In this document: positions 1 through 44,821 of the stretch, one piece after another
How positions within the stretch are numbered: position 1 is the first letter of the stretch
How the letters are laid out: each line of letters begins with the position of its first letter
Source: Lingula anatina
Taxonomy: Eukaryota; Animalia; Brachiopoda
Direction: 5' to 3'
Assembly: GCA_051362555.1 (NCBI GenBank)
Contig: CM120641.1
Location: 25,364,401-25,428,400, forward strand
DNA length: 64,000 nucleotides
The notes under the pieces: generated by a model
Databases searched by the model: none
Seen by the model: only the letters and a program-made list of their open reading frames with translations
What the model was told of the DNA's origin: nothing
Program-made: the position numbers and the translations under genes

Positions 1-3000
1 CAAAATTGTGTACAACACAGTAACACTGCATTTCCAACTATTTTTTTGTTAAGATAGCTTTGCAAATTAGTTTCTCTCTTTCCTTTTTTTCCTTCGTAAG
101 TAATGTTCAAGGAATTTACCTCCATACATTAATTGTCAGACAAATTTGGAAGTAATATCTGGAGTAAATATCAATCCACCCACACCAATGTAGTTAACCA
201 TCTGTAAAAGAAAACTAAAGATCAGATTTTACTAGAAAGTCCAGGTGAGTTTTACAAACATGTTTACTTAGCTAGCAATCAACTGCCAGACTTTCTAAGG
301 ATCATTACCAAAAAGGTTCACGCCAGGGCCTTGAAGATACTCTAATCATCATTAGAAGTGCTTCTTTTTCCCTTTAACTTGGGACTACAGACACTACATT
401 GGGCGCATGTGGTTGTTGGTATGTCCGATTTGCCATTTCCAAATAAAAAGAATTTATTTTCCTCAGAAACCTGGCTGCTGGGGGCAATACAAAAAGTGTG
501 TGAAGTGTTCATTAGAAAGATGTTATTTGGGGAAGATCAGTAATAATGGGGATAAAAGTTCTTCAGTTTTTCTTGAAGTTGGAACTTATTAAGGAAGGAC
601 TCAGGACTCAATTACCTCTCTGCAGTAAGCCGACCCTGGCATGTGGTTTGTAATTTACGTGAAATATTTCATATGGTTAAAGTAGAACATCAAATGAATT
701 GGTCCTCATGGTTTCTGAAAGGTGACAGCTAGTTTAGTTAGTGGTTATTGGAACCTTGACCTTGGTTACATGGAAATGCTGTTTATATATCTGTAGAGTA
801 TGCAAGTACTTTACAGATTTACAAAGAACAAGATCTGTGAGCTTTTTAAGGTGCAATATATTTGAAAATGTTGTGCCCTGAAGTTCTATACCCATGTAAG
901 CAATGAGGCTATGTGGTTATAAAGATTATCTCAAATGACCAGTCTTGAACTTTCAAGAGGCAGTTACTTATCCCTCCATTGATTGTTTTTGCTTACTCTT
1001 CAGTAATTGTACTATATACACTGCCATAGAAACCAGGGATTGGAAACTCAGACTTCAAATGTGCAGAATAATCTGCTCAGTGCATTTTGTTAACTTATTT
1101 TCTCTCTGGCTATGTTTTTCTGTCTCATCAAACAATTGTGAAAGAATGCATTAGGCAGATCTAAATGTCTGCATCATAATCTTCTTTTACAATTCAGTGC
1201 ACATGGACATTGAGTCTCTATTTTTCAAGGAATAATCGACTTCTCTCATCTGGTAATGGGAAACTGAAATTCTTTAAAGTAGTGATGTCTGAAGAAGTTC
1301 CTTTCCCAGACCTTTAACTTACTCATGTGCTGCAGCAATTGAATCAGCCCAGTGACCCCAAGGTGTGAATATTACAGTCAGATGCATTCATCTTGCCAAT
1401 AACAATGGCAAACAGTCTTTTAAGAACAAAAACATGACAATATGGGATACATTTGTGGAGGTTCGTTGCAACCAACTCGAGTCAAGACTTGGTTATCTGC
1501 AGTGAATATAGGACCTCTGTTCCAGATGTTTTCTCAGAAAATTATTTGCTTAGGCAAAGAATTTGATTGAGCTTAGATGCACTAGGGAAGTTATCTGAAG
1601 GACACAGAAGTGTTTGTTACTTTTGTTGTCTTTAGTCTGAAAGTCTTTAAGAGAAACCTTCACTGCCAATTGTGCACCAGACACATCTTGCTTTTTGTAC
1701 TGGACTTGTCCTTTTTTGTTTATTACCTGTGTCCAGAAGGTTATGGTTTTGGTTTCATAAGTTAGTTTATGTCTGGACATAACACGTATAAGGTGTCTGT
1801 TAGAATATTCCTGACATCATTATATTTTGTGAAAAATTAAGCTGTTTAAAAACTGTGGGTGTGTCTGAAATAGCATGGTTTCAGTGTTGGTGAAGTGAGC
1901 ATGATTTAAAAAGCCGTTAGAAAGATATATACACTTCATGAATGGGAATTTATCTTTACTTCATATCATAAAATGATTTTGGGACTTTGCTCGTTCTGAT
2001 TTTGTTTATTAACAAATAAAAGAGAAAAACAAGAATGTTACAACATAAAGTAGATATTGATTTCATTCAGATTGATATCTTTTAAAAGGCTACTTTTGGG
2101 ATTAAAGCCCTGCCAGAACCCCGTAGTAGGTGTAAATGCCAGCAAGTCATTGTGGTTCACCTACTTCCATGAGGTGTGCAGCATACTCCAAGAGGCACCA
2201 GGAATGTTTCCTTTACAATTACTGTGATTTGATTAACAGAGGTGATTGATGCATGATGTAAGGGACCTGTATCAATTCTCCTTTGGAGTAGATTATAGAT
2301 GTCTAGTATAAGTGTTTATCATGGTTTAATTGTATCACCTTGGGTGTTCAAAGTGAACTGTTTTGTACTTTTAATGTCTTGGGGTCTAAGCTTTCTTTGC
2401 AGAAATATTATCTTGTCCCCATTAAGAGATGAAGGAAGAATGACATGTTAGATTATGTGGACTGGTTTTTGCAGAAAAAAAAATGGCTTACCTAAGTCTG
2501 TTCCATCTTGCAGATATAAATCATCAAATCAATAACTTGAGAAAAGCAGATGGAATATTCCTTTATTTTCATGAATTGGCCTAAAAATGCATCACATTCA
2601 GAATATATATACATATATTTTTTTGTATTATTTAAATGTAATCTTTGAGAGAGTTCTTGGTGTAAGATTAAAGCAATCCACATGCTTTAATTGGTGACCT
2701 ATGCCTGCCCTTAGTTACATTGGTTCGTTGACTGAATCTGCCTCAGAAATGTTATAGTTCAGGATTGTGGAGATAGTTTTACTAATGCTCTTACCACATT
2801 GCAATAAACATACACTAGCGTGCTATTTCGTACTGAAAATGAAGTGTTTTTAATATGTAACCTACATTTAATTTTCCAGGATGTTTTATGCGAACACTGC
2901 TCACTCACATAACCATGCACTTTTCTTTGTATTATACAGTTAAGCTATAGATGTAAGAGTACCTCTACAGTTGCTTATTGCCAGGTTGTTTGTAGTCTTA

Positions 3001-4190
3001 GATTTAGTCACAATCTCTGGTCAACTTTTTTGTTTATGACAGCTAGTGTCTTTGTCACACCTGGTACAATGGCTGTAATGATATCAGTGCTTCAGATGAG
3101 ACTCTTCAAATTTATCATATTTAATATACTCCCACCTACAGAGCCATATTCATTTCAATTTGGATGAAGTACATGTATCTTATTTGTTTCACTTCTGTAT
3201 GTAGAACACTAATGTTCAGAGAATTGCGTTGGCATTTGTGATAGGCCCATAGTCGAGGGGGGGTGGGGGGGTGGGTTAAAAGAACCGTCTTTATGGTCTG
3301 AAAAGGTTCCTACTGATTCAAAACTTGGATCTACATTCTATTTCTTTCTCAATTTAGTCATCCAAGGGGGTAAAGATCCATTTTTCAGAAAAAGAACTCA
3401 CTTTTGAAATTGCAAGCTATAAGTCTGGGTGACCTTTCTCAAAATCTATCAAAAAGTTAACATTAGACTCCATGGCAACCTATGCTAGTCTTGTAACGCA
3501 CATTTCCACGTTTTGTTTGTACTTAACCCAGTTTCATCTGTACATTAGGCTCATTTTCAATTGTAGAAGATCAGAGGGTTTTGGTCAAGTCCTTTGATTT
3601 GATAATGCTGCAACAACAGAGGTGTTTGTCCAAGTAATTTTATTCCTTATCTACATATGGTGGAACTTTCCTTTGCCCCATGCTTAAAAGTATACACAAG
3701 GTGAAATTCAAATGGATAGCACAATTGCAAGTTATATGGAGAGGAGATTTTGATGTGAACAATTTTAGATTATTTAAAACAATTGAACTTTTTGTCTTTT
3801 GTTTGCCATTAATGCCTAAGAAGGTAAAATTTGATGCCTGAACTATTATTATATCCCATTGTTTTTGCCTTTGTGTCACCAAGAATTGTCTTTTTTGACA
3901 CCAACACAGTTGGTCAGAGATGTGTTAAGTGCTTTGACTAATATGAATTGCTTTTCACAGTCATGTTCAGTCAGTTGACAGTTATCCTTTTAATATACAC
4001 CATTTAGTTTTTTGTTTTCATGTGTGCATTATAACATATAATTTTTATCATGTCTTGAGAAATCATACTGACTAGACATAAGAGAATGAGAATGAGATTT
4101 TCGAATAGTACAGGTTTAATTAAATGATAATAAATTTCATGATTTATGGATTTAATTAATAAATTTGTTCAATTTCTTTTTTTCTTACAG

Positions 4191-36182
<31,992 letters not shown>

Positions 36183-38627
36183 CCCTAAGTGTGATATGAC
36201 ATCTATTGTACATAGAGAAACCTGTGTAAAGTGATATGTACATACTCGGGCTGTATGGTAGAAAATTATATTGAATGAGATGAACGGGTCTGGGGACCCC
36301 CGTGTGGGAAACCTGACAAATCACACTCCTGTATCTTTATTTATTGCTTCAAAGATGCATCAAAAGGACTGAATCTATGATGAACCTGTGGGTCACAAAA
36401 ATATATATTGTGACTCATAATTAATAATTACAGTTTATTTTACCTGTAATCAACCATTAATTGCACTATTTGAGTGCTCTCACACTCTTTGATTTTATTC
36501 TATTAAATGTATCTGATATAAGAATCTTTCTGGCATTCACTGTTGTGATGCATTTATGTTAGTGATTGTCAGTTGTCTGTTTGATTACAGAGCCTTCTTC
36601 CATTTTGACAAAGGTGATCAAAAAGTGTTCTGTAAGGTACTTTGCAAGTGGAGCTAGTAGTTGGAAAAGGTCTCTGTGATTGGCTACATGGCACACATTA
36701 TCTCTATTTCAGATACTCTGTAAATATATTGTATTTCATACATTGATTGGACGTGTATTTAAGATAAAGTGAAAGTGAACACCTAGTGGCTTTGTAAATT
36801 TTTGGTCGTTCATATAAGTCAGCATTTGGTGATATGTGGCATTTGGGCTGCTAATAAACATGTGCCCTGTATTAACTTGACCCAGATCTTTACATTATGT
36901 CTTATGAACATTTTAAATTCAAGTTATGTTAGAACTAGAGAAATAGTCCTATTAGATTTCATTAAATTTTAAAGTGATTTCTTTTTAACATTGTATTACA
37001 TTATATCTTCAAATATTGTATTGCTTTCATTTATTGTCAGTGTTACTCATTGGTTGACATGGCATTATATTGCATATTATTTGTATATTTATTGTTTGCT
37101 TATTACAAAGTATTTTACAAGACCAAAAAAAGTTGTATTGCTTTATTTTCATGGATTCAGACCACTCTGTGCTTGCCAACAATCAATTGTTTGAATATAT
37201 GGAAACACATTTATTCTGTTTAACCTCAATAATCCAAAAGATATTTAATTTAATTCTGGCATATTGGATGTAATTACGGCTTGTCCAGTCTGTTTGGTAA
37301 GTGGGGATGTGTATATAAAATATGTGTTTAAACTTAGTTATGTATTTTGTAAGGAGATTGTTTATAGTCATCAGAGTAGTCAATGTAACCTGCTATTATT
37401 ATATTGGTAGGTTAAAAAAATTCTAATTCAACAAGATCTGAGATAATGTGTGACCAATTTGCATTGCATTTTTTTAATACTTCACAAAATGTCAGTAATT
37501 CCTTCAGGGTGGAATATGGTGTATATTTTATCCCTCTTTCAAAAATACATATAGTTTTTGTTGCACAAACTGCGAAAGATCAGAATGGTGTTCAGAAAAG
37601 GTGATTTATATTTAGTGTGGAGGCAAACATAACTATAGTCAATCATGATATTTCTTTTGACTTGTATGAATTGAAACAGATATTCACATATATTCTAATC
37701 GTTTTCCTTCTACTTTGTACCTAGATAATGTATCATATTTCACTTCATTTTCTCATTTATTGGATTTACAAGAATAAATATGTTATTGGGTACGGTTAGT
37801 GGCAACATTCTGTTAAAACAATGGTATGCTACGTTGTAATTCTAACATATTACATCTCTCACTAAAATATTCTTTATTGCATTTGTTATTTAGATGTATC
37901 AGCTTTACACAATACACAGTAAATTTCTGTTCTTAATTAATTGAATATCAAGTCACTTTAAGAGTTAGCTCCTTAGCAGGCAAAGGTTGAATGTAGTTAC
38001 TTTCTTTGAATCATTGAAGTCAAACCTTGCAGTACATGTTTACAAAGTAGTAGTGAATTTCACTTGTTATTTTCTCAATTCTGTTTGTATATATCTATTA
38101 ATCTTTAGAATAAAAAAGGATATTATATGAAATATCTGTTCACTGTATTATTGACATCTTCGGGAAATGATCAATTTTAGACACTCAAAAGTAAGACACA
38201 TTCCATATCCTGTTATTGTTGGTGAGCACATGAGAACCTGGCAATTTCTAGTAAAAAAAGTTTACAAACTCAGAACATTAGATGTAAATATAACACAAGC
38301 AACAAAGTAAGATAAGGGTCCACTTTAAACTATCGATTCCTCTAATGCATTTGGCAATGGCTTCAGCTGAGATGGAAGAAATTCGAATTTAGAAATATTT
38401 AAATGTGCCTGATACACTACACACTTTGGAAGCTCCAGTGAGTTTGTGGCAGCACCTTTTCCTCTTCTTGACAATCCTTCGCGGCTACGGCACGGCCTTT
38501 CACTCAATGGGAACAAGTCTAGAGCATAAGAATTTTTTATAAGTGGGGGTTTTAAACCATTCAGAACAAATGGGAGGGTATCGCTACCTGATTTTATGAC
38601 ACGTGGCTACAAAAAGATTGGTAACCC

Positions 38628-38658
<31 letters not shown>

Positions 38659-38679
38659 ACACACACACACCCCACCCAC

Positions 38680-38822
38680 ACCCTCTACCAGGGCGACAGG
38701 TTGATTTTTCACAAGATTTTTACAGATGTCTTTAGATAAAATAAATTAAAATAGACGGTCATTTTGTTCTCTGCTGGCTTTAGAAAAATTTCCCTACAAT
38801 ATCTGCCACCCTGGTAGAGGGT
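38680..38822. mobile_element. Small MITE
   Basis: ~20-bp TIR ACCCTCTACCAGGGCGACAG / CTGCCACCCTGGTAGAGGGT (2 mismatches). Confidence 0.6.
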
Positions 38823-39223
38823 ACCCCCCACCCCCTTCGGTTCTAACGCCTGAGCGAGTTGCAACCCAGGGTTGTTCCTTTTGATAAAGATCCAATTCAT
38901 CGTCTGATTATTTTCCTAAACTTTGGTTCTTTCAGCTGTCATCAGTTTGACTTGTTAAGGTAATTGACGGGTGGTAGAACTCGTTGGGGTACAATTACCT
39001 GAAAAACAACGTAATTATGCACAGTGGGAGGACGCTTTAAATATGTTCTCTCTTTCCCTACCCTCTGATATCAGGGACTTCTAAGATAGTAAACATTTAA
39101 GTATCATCGATACAATAATTTTGTAATAGACTACTAGAGCGTCCTTTGCTCAGAGAGTAATCTACCCCAGCGGGGTTTTGATCAAACGAGTAAAGTGATG
39201 TGGCCCTTTCGGAAGAGTGATAT

Positions 39224-39427
39224 CAGTGGCGGATTTAGAAGGGGTGTCTGGGGGGTAAACCCCCTGCTATTTTTGAATTTAGAATTTTGACTATCTAAAT
39301 CATAGTACAAATGGAACTGTTCACCCTCTAAAAAAATTTCACCACACGCCGGGGGGGTGGGGGGGGGGGGGAGGGGGGGCTTCACATCCGCGGACCTCCC
39401 CTTCAAATAATCCTGGATCCGCCCCTG
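39224..39427. mobile_element. MITE with CAGTGGCGGAT...ATCCGCCCCTG termini and 5-bp TSD GATAT
   Basis: Terminal inverted repeats are directly flanked by GATAT at 39219-39223 and 39428-39432, with internal G-runs. Confidence 0.75.
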
Positions 39428-40964
39428 GATATAATTAATTATTTTCAATATTTTTTAACAATGTTAAGATGGGAATACCAAAGACATCTTAATTATAAAG
39501 TCACAGGTATTTATAATGGTTATTTAGCCAGCTTTTAATAATAACAAATGCAAACGTTGTCTGTTTATGCTATTTGACTGTTCAGACTGTTTGTTAACTG
39601 AAAAGTGAATGATCTTATAGGGCAAATAAATAACTATCAATGTATGTAATTATTATTCATTTTTCCCCAAATCAAATCATTTAATTTTTGTGATAGATTA
39701 CCGTTTAGATTCCATCAAGCTCGGAGATACATTAATAGGCCCTTACCTTACTACTAGTAGATGTCCGAAGCTGCGCAAAAACAATGAATTAAAATACAAA
39801 CAGCCTCGAAATACGGACACCGTTGGTTGGACAACGCGTTATATAATACTGCTTTCAAGATTCGTGGTCAAAATATTTACGTGTCAATCACTATGAGGAA
39901 ATTCAACGTTGACAACAAAAACCAGTTCATTTAAAGTTCACTCGTTGCTTGCTCAGGTAGGCCTACATTTCTACCCATTTGTTGGGAGTCCCACTCTTTA
40001 ATATCAAACCAAGACAGGATTCTTCAACTTAACTTCTTAATCAGATTGATCAACAAGCCTACTTAGGCTCTTTAGACTTAACACAGTATTATAAGGTATT
40101 GCGGACTACAAACAAAGACATTACGTGAGGTTAACAAAATTTAAATGTCCCCGACATACTGAGTATAGGCTACTGAGTAGGCCCTATAGAGATAACAATA
40201 AATTTATGCAGAATTAGAATTGAAAACAAAAGAAACATGTTGGGATAGTTTTATTTAGCTTTAAAGTAATGATTTATGATGGTAGCCTACCTCAAACCAA
40301 TATGGTTTTTCTTACCTGTCTTCATTAATAGTGAATGCAATAGACAAATCGCATAGAGGGGGCACTGCAACTCGGGGTCAGGGGATGTTCTAATGTCAAA
40401 CAAGCGAAAAATTCGAAACACTTTTCAAGATGAAGACCAAAGAGTCAATTAATTATCAATGTCATCAAACTGGCTTTGAACAGCCATGTAAACAGCTATG
40501 TAACGGTGGTTTTAAGTTTTTAAAAAAACATATTCTTTTTGTGTAACATGCTTATACTATGTTTATGTTAAATTTATAATCACACCAAGGTTTATCTCAT
40601 TGCTTAGATAGAATATTCTATGAGTGATTTTACTAGTACTTATCTTCATTATATAAAGATGGTAATGCACTAACTGTATTGTATCATCATTTGTATATCA
40701 TATTGTACAAGGTCATGACAATCTATGTACCAGTACAGAAATAAATTGAATTGAATTGAATTAAAATGTTCAAGTTAGGTGATGTACGTTTTGTCTAATT
40801 GTAGATTATCTGATTGATAGGAAAAGCAGATATCACGGCAGACAAAATAAAAACAAACCATTACGAGACTGAAACCGCAGACGTAGTACTATTTATGGAA
40901 ACTTTCCTTTTTCTCGCGCTAGATGTCATCACTCGTTTCAGTTCTTTCATCTGATAGGATGATT

Positions 40965-41062
40965 TGAACTACGTCATCAGTTCAAAACATTGTCACGTGA
41001 CCCACGCTTTCCCTCCATTGTAGCGGCTACGTTCAAGGCTGTAGGACGTATACACAAACGAA
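40965..41062 (+). promoter_or_regulatory. H2A.Z proximal promoter/5'UTR with palindromic E-box GTCACGTGAC (40992-41001) and CRE-like TACGTCA (40970-40976)
   Basis: The motifs lie in CpG-rich DNA 60-95 nt upstream of the H2A.Z ATG. Function is inferred from position. Confidence 0.5.
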
Positions 41063-43145
41063 ATGGTAAAGTATCTGTAAAAATCGTACGTTTTTAGACA
41101 CCATCATTATTGCAGATTTATGCATTTTAAAAAAGCAAACAATTGTGATAATTTTTATCCTTAATTTGTCATTGTGTCTACTATAATTTCAAAATAAAGC
41201 AATATTTATTTCCTTATGTAGGCTGGCGGTAAAGCAGGTAAAGATTCTGGAAAGGCTAAGGCGAAGGCCGTTTCCCGTTCAGCAAGAGCAGGACTACAGG
41301 TAGAGTTGCGATATTATCATATAAACCCTTTTGGCACTGACATGATCAATAGACTTCATAACATTCAAGAAATGGACATGAATTTTGACAATCGTAGTTC
41401 AAAATTTGGCGGGCTTCTCATTGTTTACATTTCATTTCTTTGTTTTCACTTGCTTCCTCTTGTGAGATGATCATCAAATATATTGCATATTACTAAGGGT
41501 GTATAGTAGGCCTTTACTACACAAGATCCTTGAAAGATTTTACAGATTTAATGTATATGTAGCCAGTCGGCATTTTGACCTAGTTTTCTTTGGGTAGTTC
41601 TGTGTTTTGACCTAATAATGAATGAGGTTTCTGCGGTTGATGTTATAAGCCCCATTATTCTACCTAGCAATTTTTTAGTTAATTCACGACGTTTGAGTGT
41701 TTATACCTTCAAAGTATTTCTAACAGGAGGGTTGTAAATCTCAATAGGATTCTTTTCTTTTGTTTATATCCAAATTAACATAGCAACTATAGATAAAACT
41801 GGCAACTTCTATTTCATCTTGATGAATTGAAATAATTTTTTACCAAATTGATCAATAGACAGGATTTAATATTTAATAGACAGATAGGATGTATTGTAAT
41901 GCCTGGCATGTTATAAATTTTTTAGAATCCCTGTTTGTCATTAATTGATGTTATTTTTGAAGTTTTATTTGTGTTATTTGTTCTGTTTTACTTCAGTCTG
42001 GTACATCTGTTAAATTGTGTAATGTGCACAGTTTCAGTAATTATTTACGTTCACTGTTCTCTTCGTATAACAAATTTAAAACTTACATTGTATTTAATGT
42101 CTGATGAAAAGTGATGCAACAAATTTTGCACATTGCAGCATTATGACTGGTTAAAATCCCTTAACAATGCTTGGCACATTTGGTGATAATTTTCTGGTAT
42201 ATATAAAATAGCAATGCAATTTTGAACTATGTACCCCCTCCCCTCCCCATTGCTTGCTCCCTTAAATTATGGCAGCGTTAGTATTTGGTAAAAATTAACT
42301 GAACTGAAGTGATCTCAGAATGAATACTCCTCATAATAACATTTTTTTCTTTGCAGTTCCCAGTGGGCCGTATCCACAGACATCTGAAGAACAGGACAAC
42401 CAGCCACGGGAGGGTAGGAGCCACTGCCGCTGTCTACAGTGCAGCCATCCTAGAATACCTCACAGCAGAAGTAGGTGTCTAGTTTGTCTGCTCTAGTCTC
42501 TACTATAACAAAGTGTAATTCCTCTATTTGGAAGTTAGGGTGCCCATTTAATGTGGTGTTCACGTATCGCACATACAGCAGAAATGTCTGGACAATGTGT
42601 AGCTGATTTTGTAGTATTTTGATTATGGCTTGTCGTTGCATTCTTGTCACATGAATACATTTGGTTTCAAAAGCTTTTAACAATGGGCAAGATGTGCATT
42701 TGGTTTTTCTTACCTTTTCTTGTGGAGGGTTGTAGTCTCTATTAGAAGTGAAGGCAAGTTTTAAACCTGGGGTTTAAGTAATTTCTGATGTATTTCAGGT
42801 GTTAGAGTTGGCAGGCAATGCTAGTAAAGATCTTAAAGTGAAGCGTATCACACCCCGTCACTTGCAGTTGGCCATTCGTGGTGATGAAGAGTTGGATTCA
42901 CTCATCAAGGCAACCATAGCTGGTGGTGGTAAGTGTTATGACCTGTTATCAATATTATATAAGAGGGACACTTTACCTACAAGGTTGTAAACACTGATAT
43001 GGTTGTTGGACTTGGTGTTGTTTGAAAAGTTTCTGATTTTGCTCTACAATTTGTGTACATTATTTCTTGATTTTCTCTTCCAGGTGTCATCCCTCACATC
43101 CACAAGTCGTTGATTGGAAAGAAGGGATCCCAGAAAGCCTCATAG
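41063..43145 (+). CDS. H2AZ: Histone variant H2A.Z (H2A.V), 128 aa; exons 41063-41065, 41222-41299, 42357-42470, 42799-42928, 43084-43145
   Basis: Spliced translation is [128 protein letters not shown]. It has the typical 5-exon layout with an ATG-only first coding exon. Confidence 0.98.
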
Positions 43146-43561
43146 TGTCTAGGCAGCCATAATCTACTATAACATGCACACTCCCTTGTACATATCCATG
43201 GTCTGGTCTCGGTGCACAGATAGTGGAGAGGGGAGAGGCTGACAGTTCATGGGGGCATCACCAAGCCTTTTCAATGCTTGTGGAACAAATGACATTCCTT
43301 TTAAATTAGTACCAAAATGAAACAGTGTATCAGGCATTGAAAATGATTTTGTGAGAAAGGATGGACTGAGAGTAGATGACTCTGACGTTTTAGTCTCATT
43401 TTATTATTTAGATGTTCTATGTCATGTTCGTGTCTTTTTTCCCTAGGTATGTTGACTGTATCTGTGAGGATTAGGAAAACTAGCAAAAAAGGAAATACAT
43501 CCATTTTTATTATTCATTCATATTGACACTGTAGATTGTAAAATAGTTCAACTGTATATCC

Positions 43562-43567
43562 AATAAA
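43562..43567 (+). terminator. Polyadenylation signal of H2A.Z
   Basis: AATAAA about 420 nt after the stop codon, followed by T-rich sequence. Confidence 0.65.
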
Positions 43568-43674
43568 TTTTGTAAAATTTTTCATCTATTTGTATTCATA
43601 TTTTGCTGCTGGGGCTTTAAATCTGGATTTCGAGTGTTCCTAATTTATCGTCTGCTGAAATTAGTTTCTAGTGG

Positions 43675-44821
43675 TTAGCTTTCTACCCTCTGCTGTCCCT
43701 CTATAAGACGTTGGATTATCCACTGGTACAATTCGTCCCATAATTTGTTGAGGTCTTCCGTCCAGTTTCCAAGCGACTCTCTCATAAGTTCCCGCATAGC
43801 TACTCCAAGATGCTGTAAAATTTGTGGAAAGAAACTATCAGTGACGGCAACTGTTCTCGAGTCATTATGACCATTTTAACAAAGGTTTGTCTTGCACTGT
43901 TGTATTATTATTTCTATACTAGTGTGAAACATTTTAACACTGGACAACTGTTTTGGAAACCAACAAAACCCGGGGGGGGGGGTGAAAACGCGTTAGTTTT
44001 GATTTGAATGATGTTCCATCAATACAAATATCCAGATTACGCAGTCAAATTTCATCGTCTTGGCAAATTGGCTATATGATGTAACCTTAAATATGTTGCC
44101 TGAAAAATCTTTTAAACGTGTTTTGAAGAGAAGAGGTAATACGAAGTGACAACCGTTGCAATGGACGCGTACACACAATCAAAATTGTGCTAGTTGAGAT
44201 TTCGTACCGGGAAATATCCTGACGGCACATTGAATCTGCGAGGTCCATGCATTGCGCCCAACTGCAGCAAAACAGGCACAACCTCTTCAGGGGAATCCAG
44301 ATTTTCAATAACTTTGCCTATGTACTTCACCACCCTGTTCACATGAAACAGTAGGCGCGAGCTGTTCTGGAGATAAGCCAGAGAAGAGCCCTTCGCAAAC
44401 TCAAAGGCAAGTTGGGTTTCGGGATGACTTTTGAACATTCTGTAACACATTGACGTCAGATCCAGGTGAAAGTGGTAAAATGAAAAACCAAAAGCGAAAC
44501 TTTTCAGACATATTCTATCCGACATTTGCCAACTATTATGTAATGTATACTAGGTTCCCATGGTGACTTGACAGTCCCTCGAAATAGTATGTACATCATA
44601 TGCAAATAAAACAAAACGTATACTTTTGTATGAAAGTCTTATTTTCATAATAATAAAAAAAAACTTGAGAAACTAATGTATACCTTAGGAACATTTGAAA
44701 TCCCCTTTGAGACGGATTTCCTCCGATCCAGGCATTCCAGCTTAGTCGGAGTGACGTGCGTTCGGAAGGAGTAAAATTAAGTTTTTCACCGTATCTGACA
44801 TAACGCACCCGTTCATACAAC
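43675..44821 (-). CDS. Globin domain (3/3 fold; His E7, His F8); exons 44821-44684, 44439-44208, 43812-43675. Additional upstream exons are probable (see findings).
   Basis: Translation ...FTPSERTSLRLSWNAWIGGNPSQRGFQMFLR|MFKSHPETQLAFEFAKG...SSRLLFHVNRVVKYIGKVIENLD...LLQLGAMHGPRRFNVPSGYFP|HLGVAMRELMRESLGNWTEDLNKLWDELYQWIIQRLIEGQQRVES*. It has Trp A12, Pro C2, Phe CD1, His E7 and His F8. The introns fall at the ancestral globin positions B12.2 and G7.0. Confidence 0.92.

Noticed and set aside
200-250. Perfect donor CAG|GTGAGT at 244/245 as a possible further collagen exon
   Set aside because: No good acceptor and no Gly-X-Y or recognisable NC frame upstream; the frame I checked hits a stop.
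43261-43283. CCAAGCCTTTTCAATGCTTG in the H2A.Z 3'UTR, resembling a histone stem-loop
   Set aside because: The canonical 6-bp stem around TTTC does not pair. The gene has introns and an AATAAA, as expected for polyadenylated H2A.Z.
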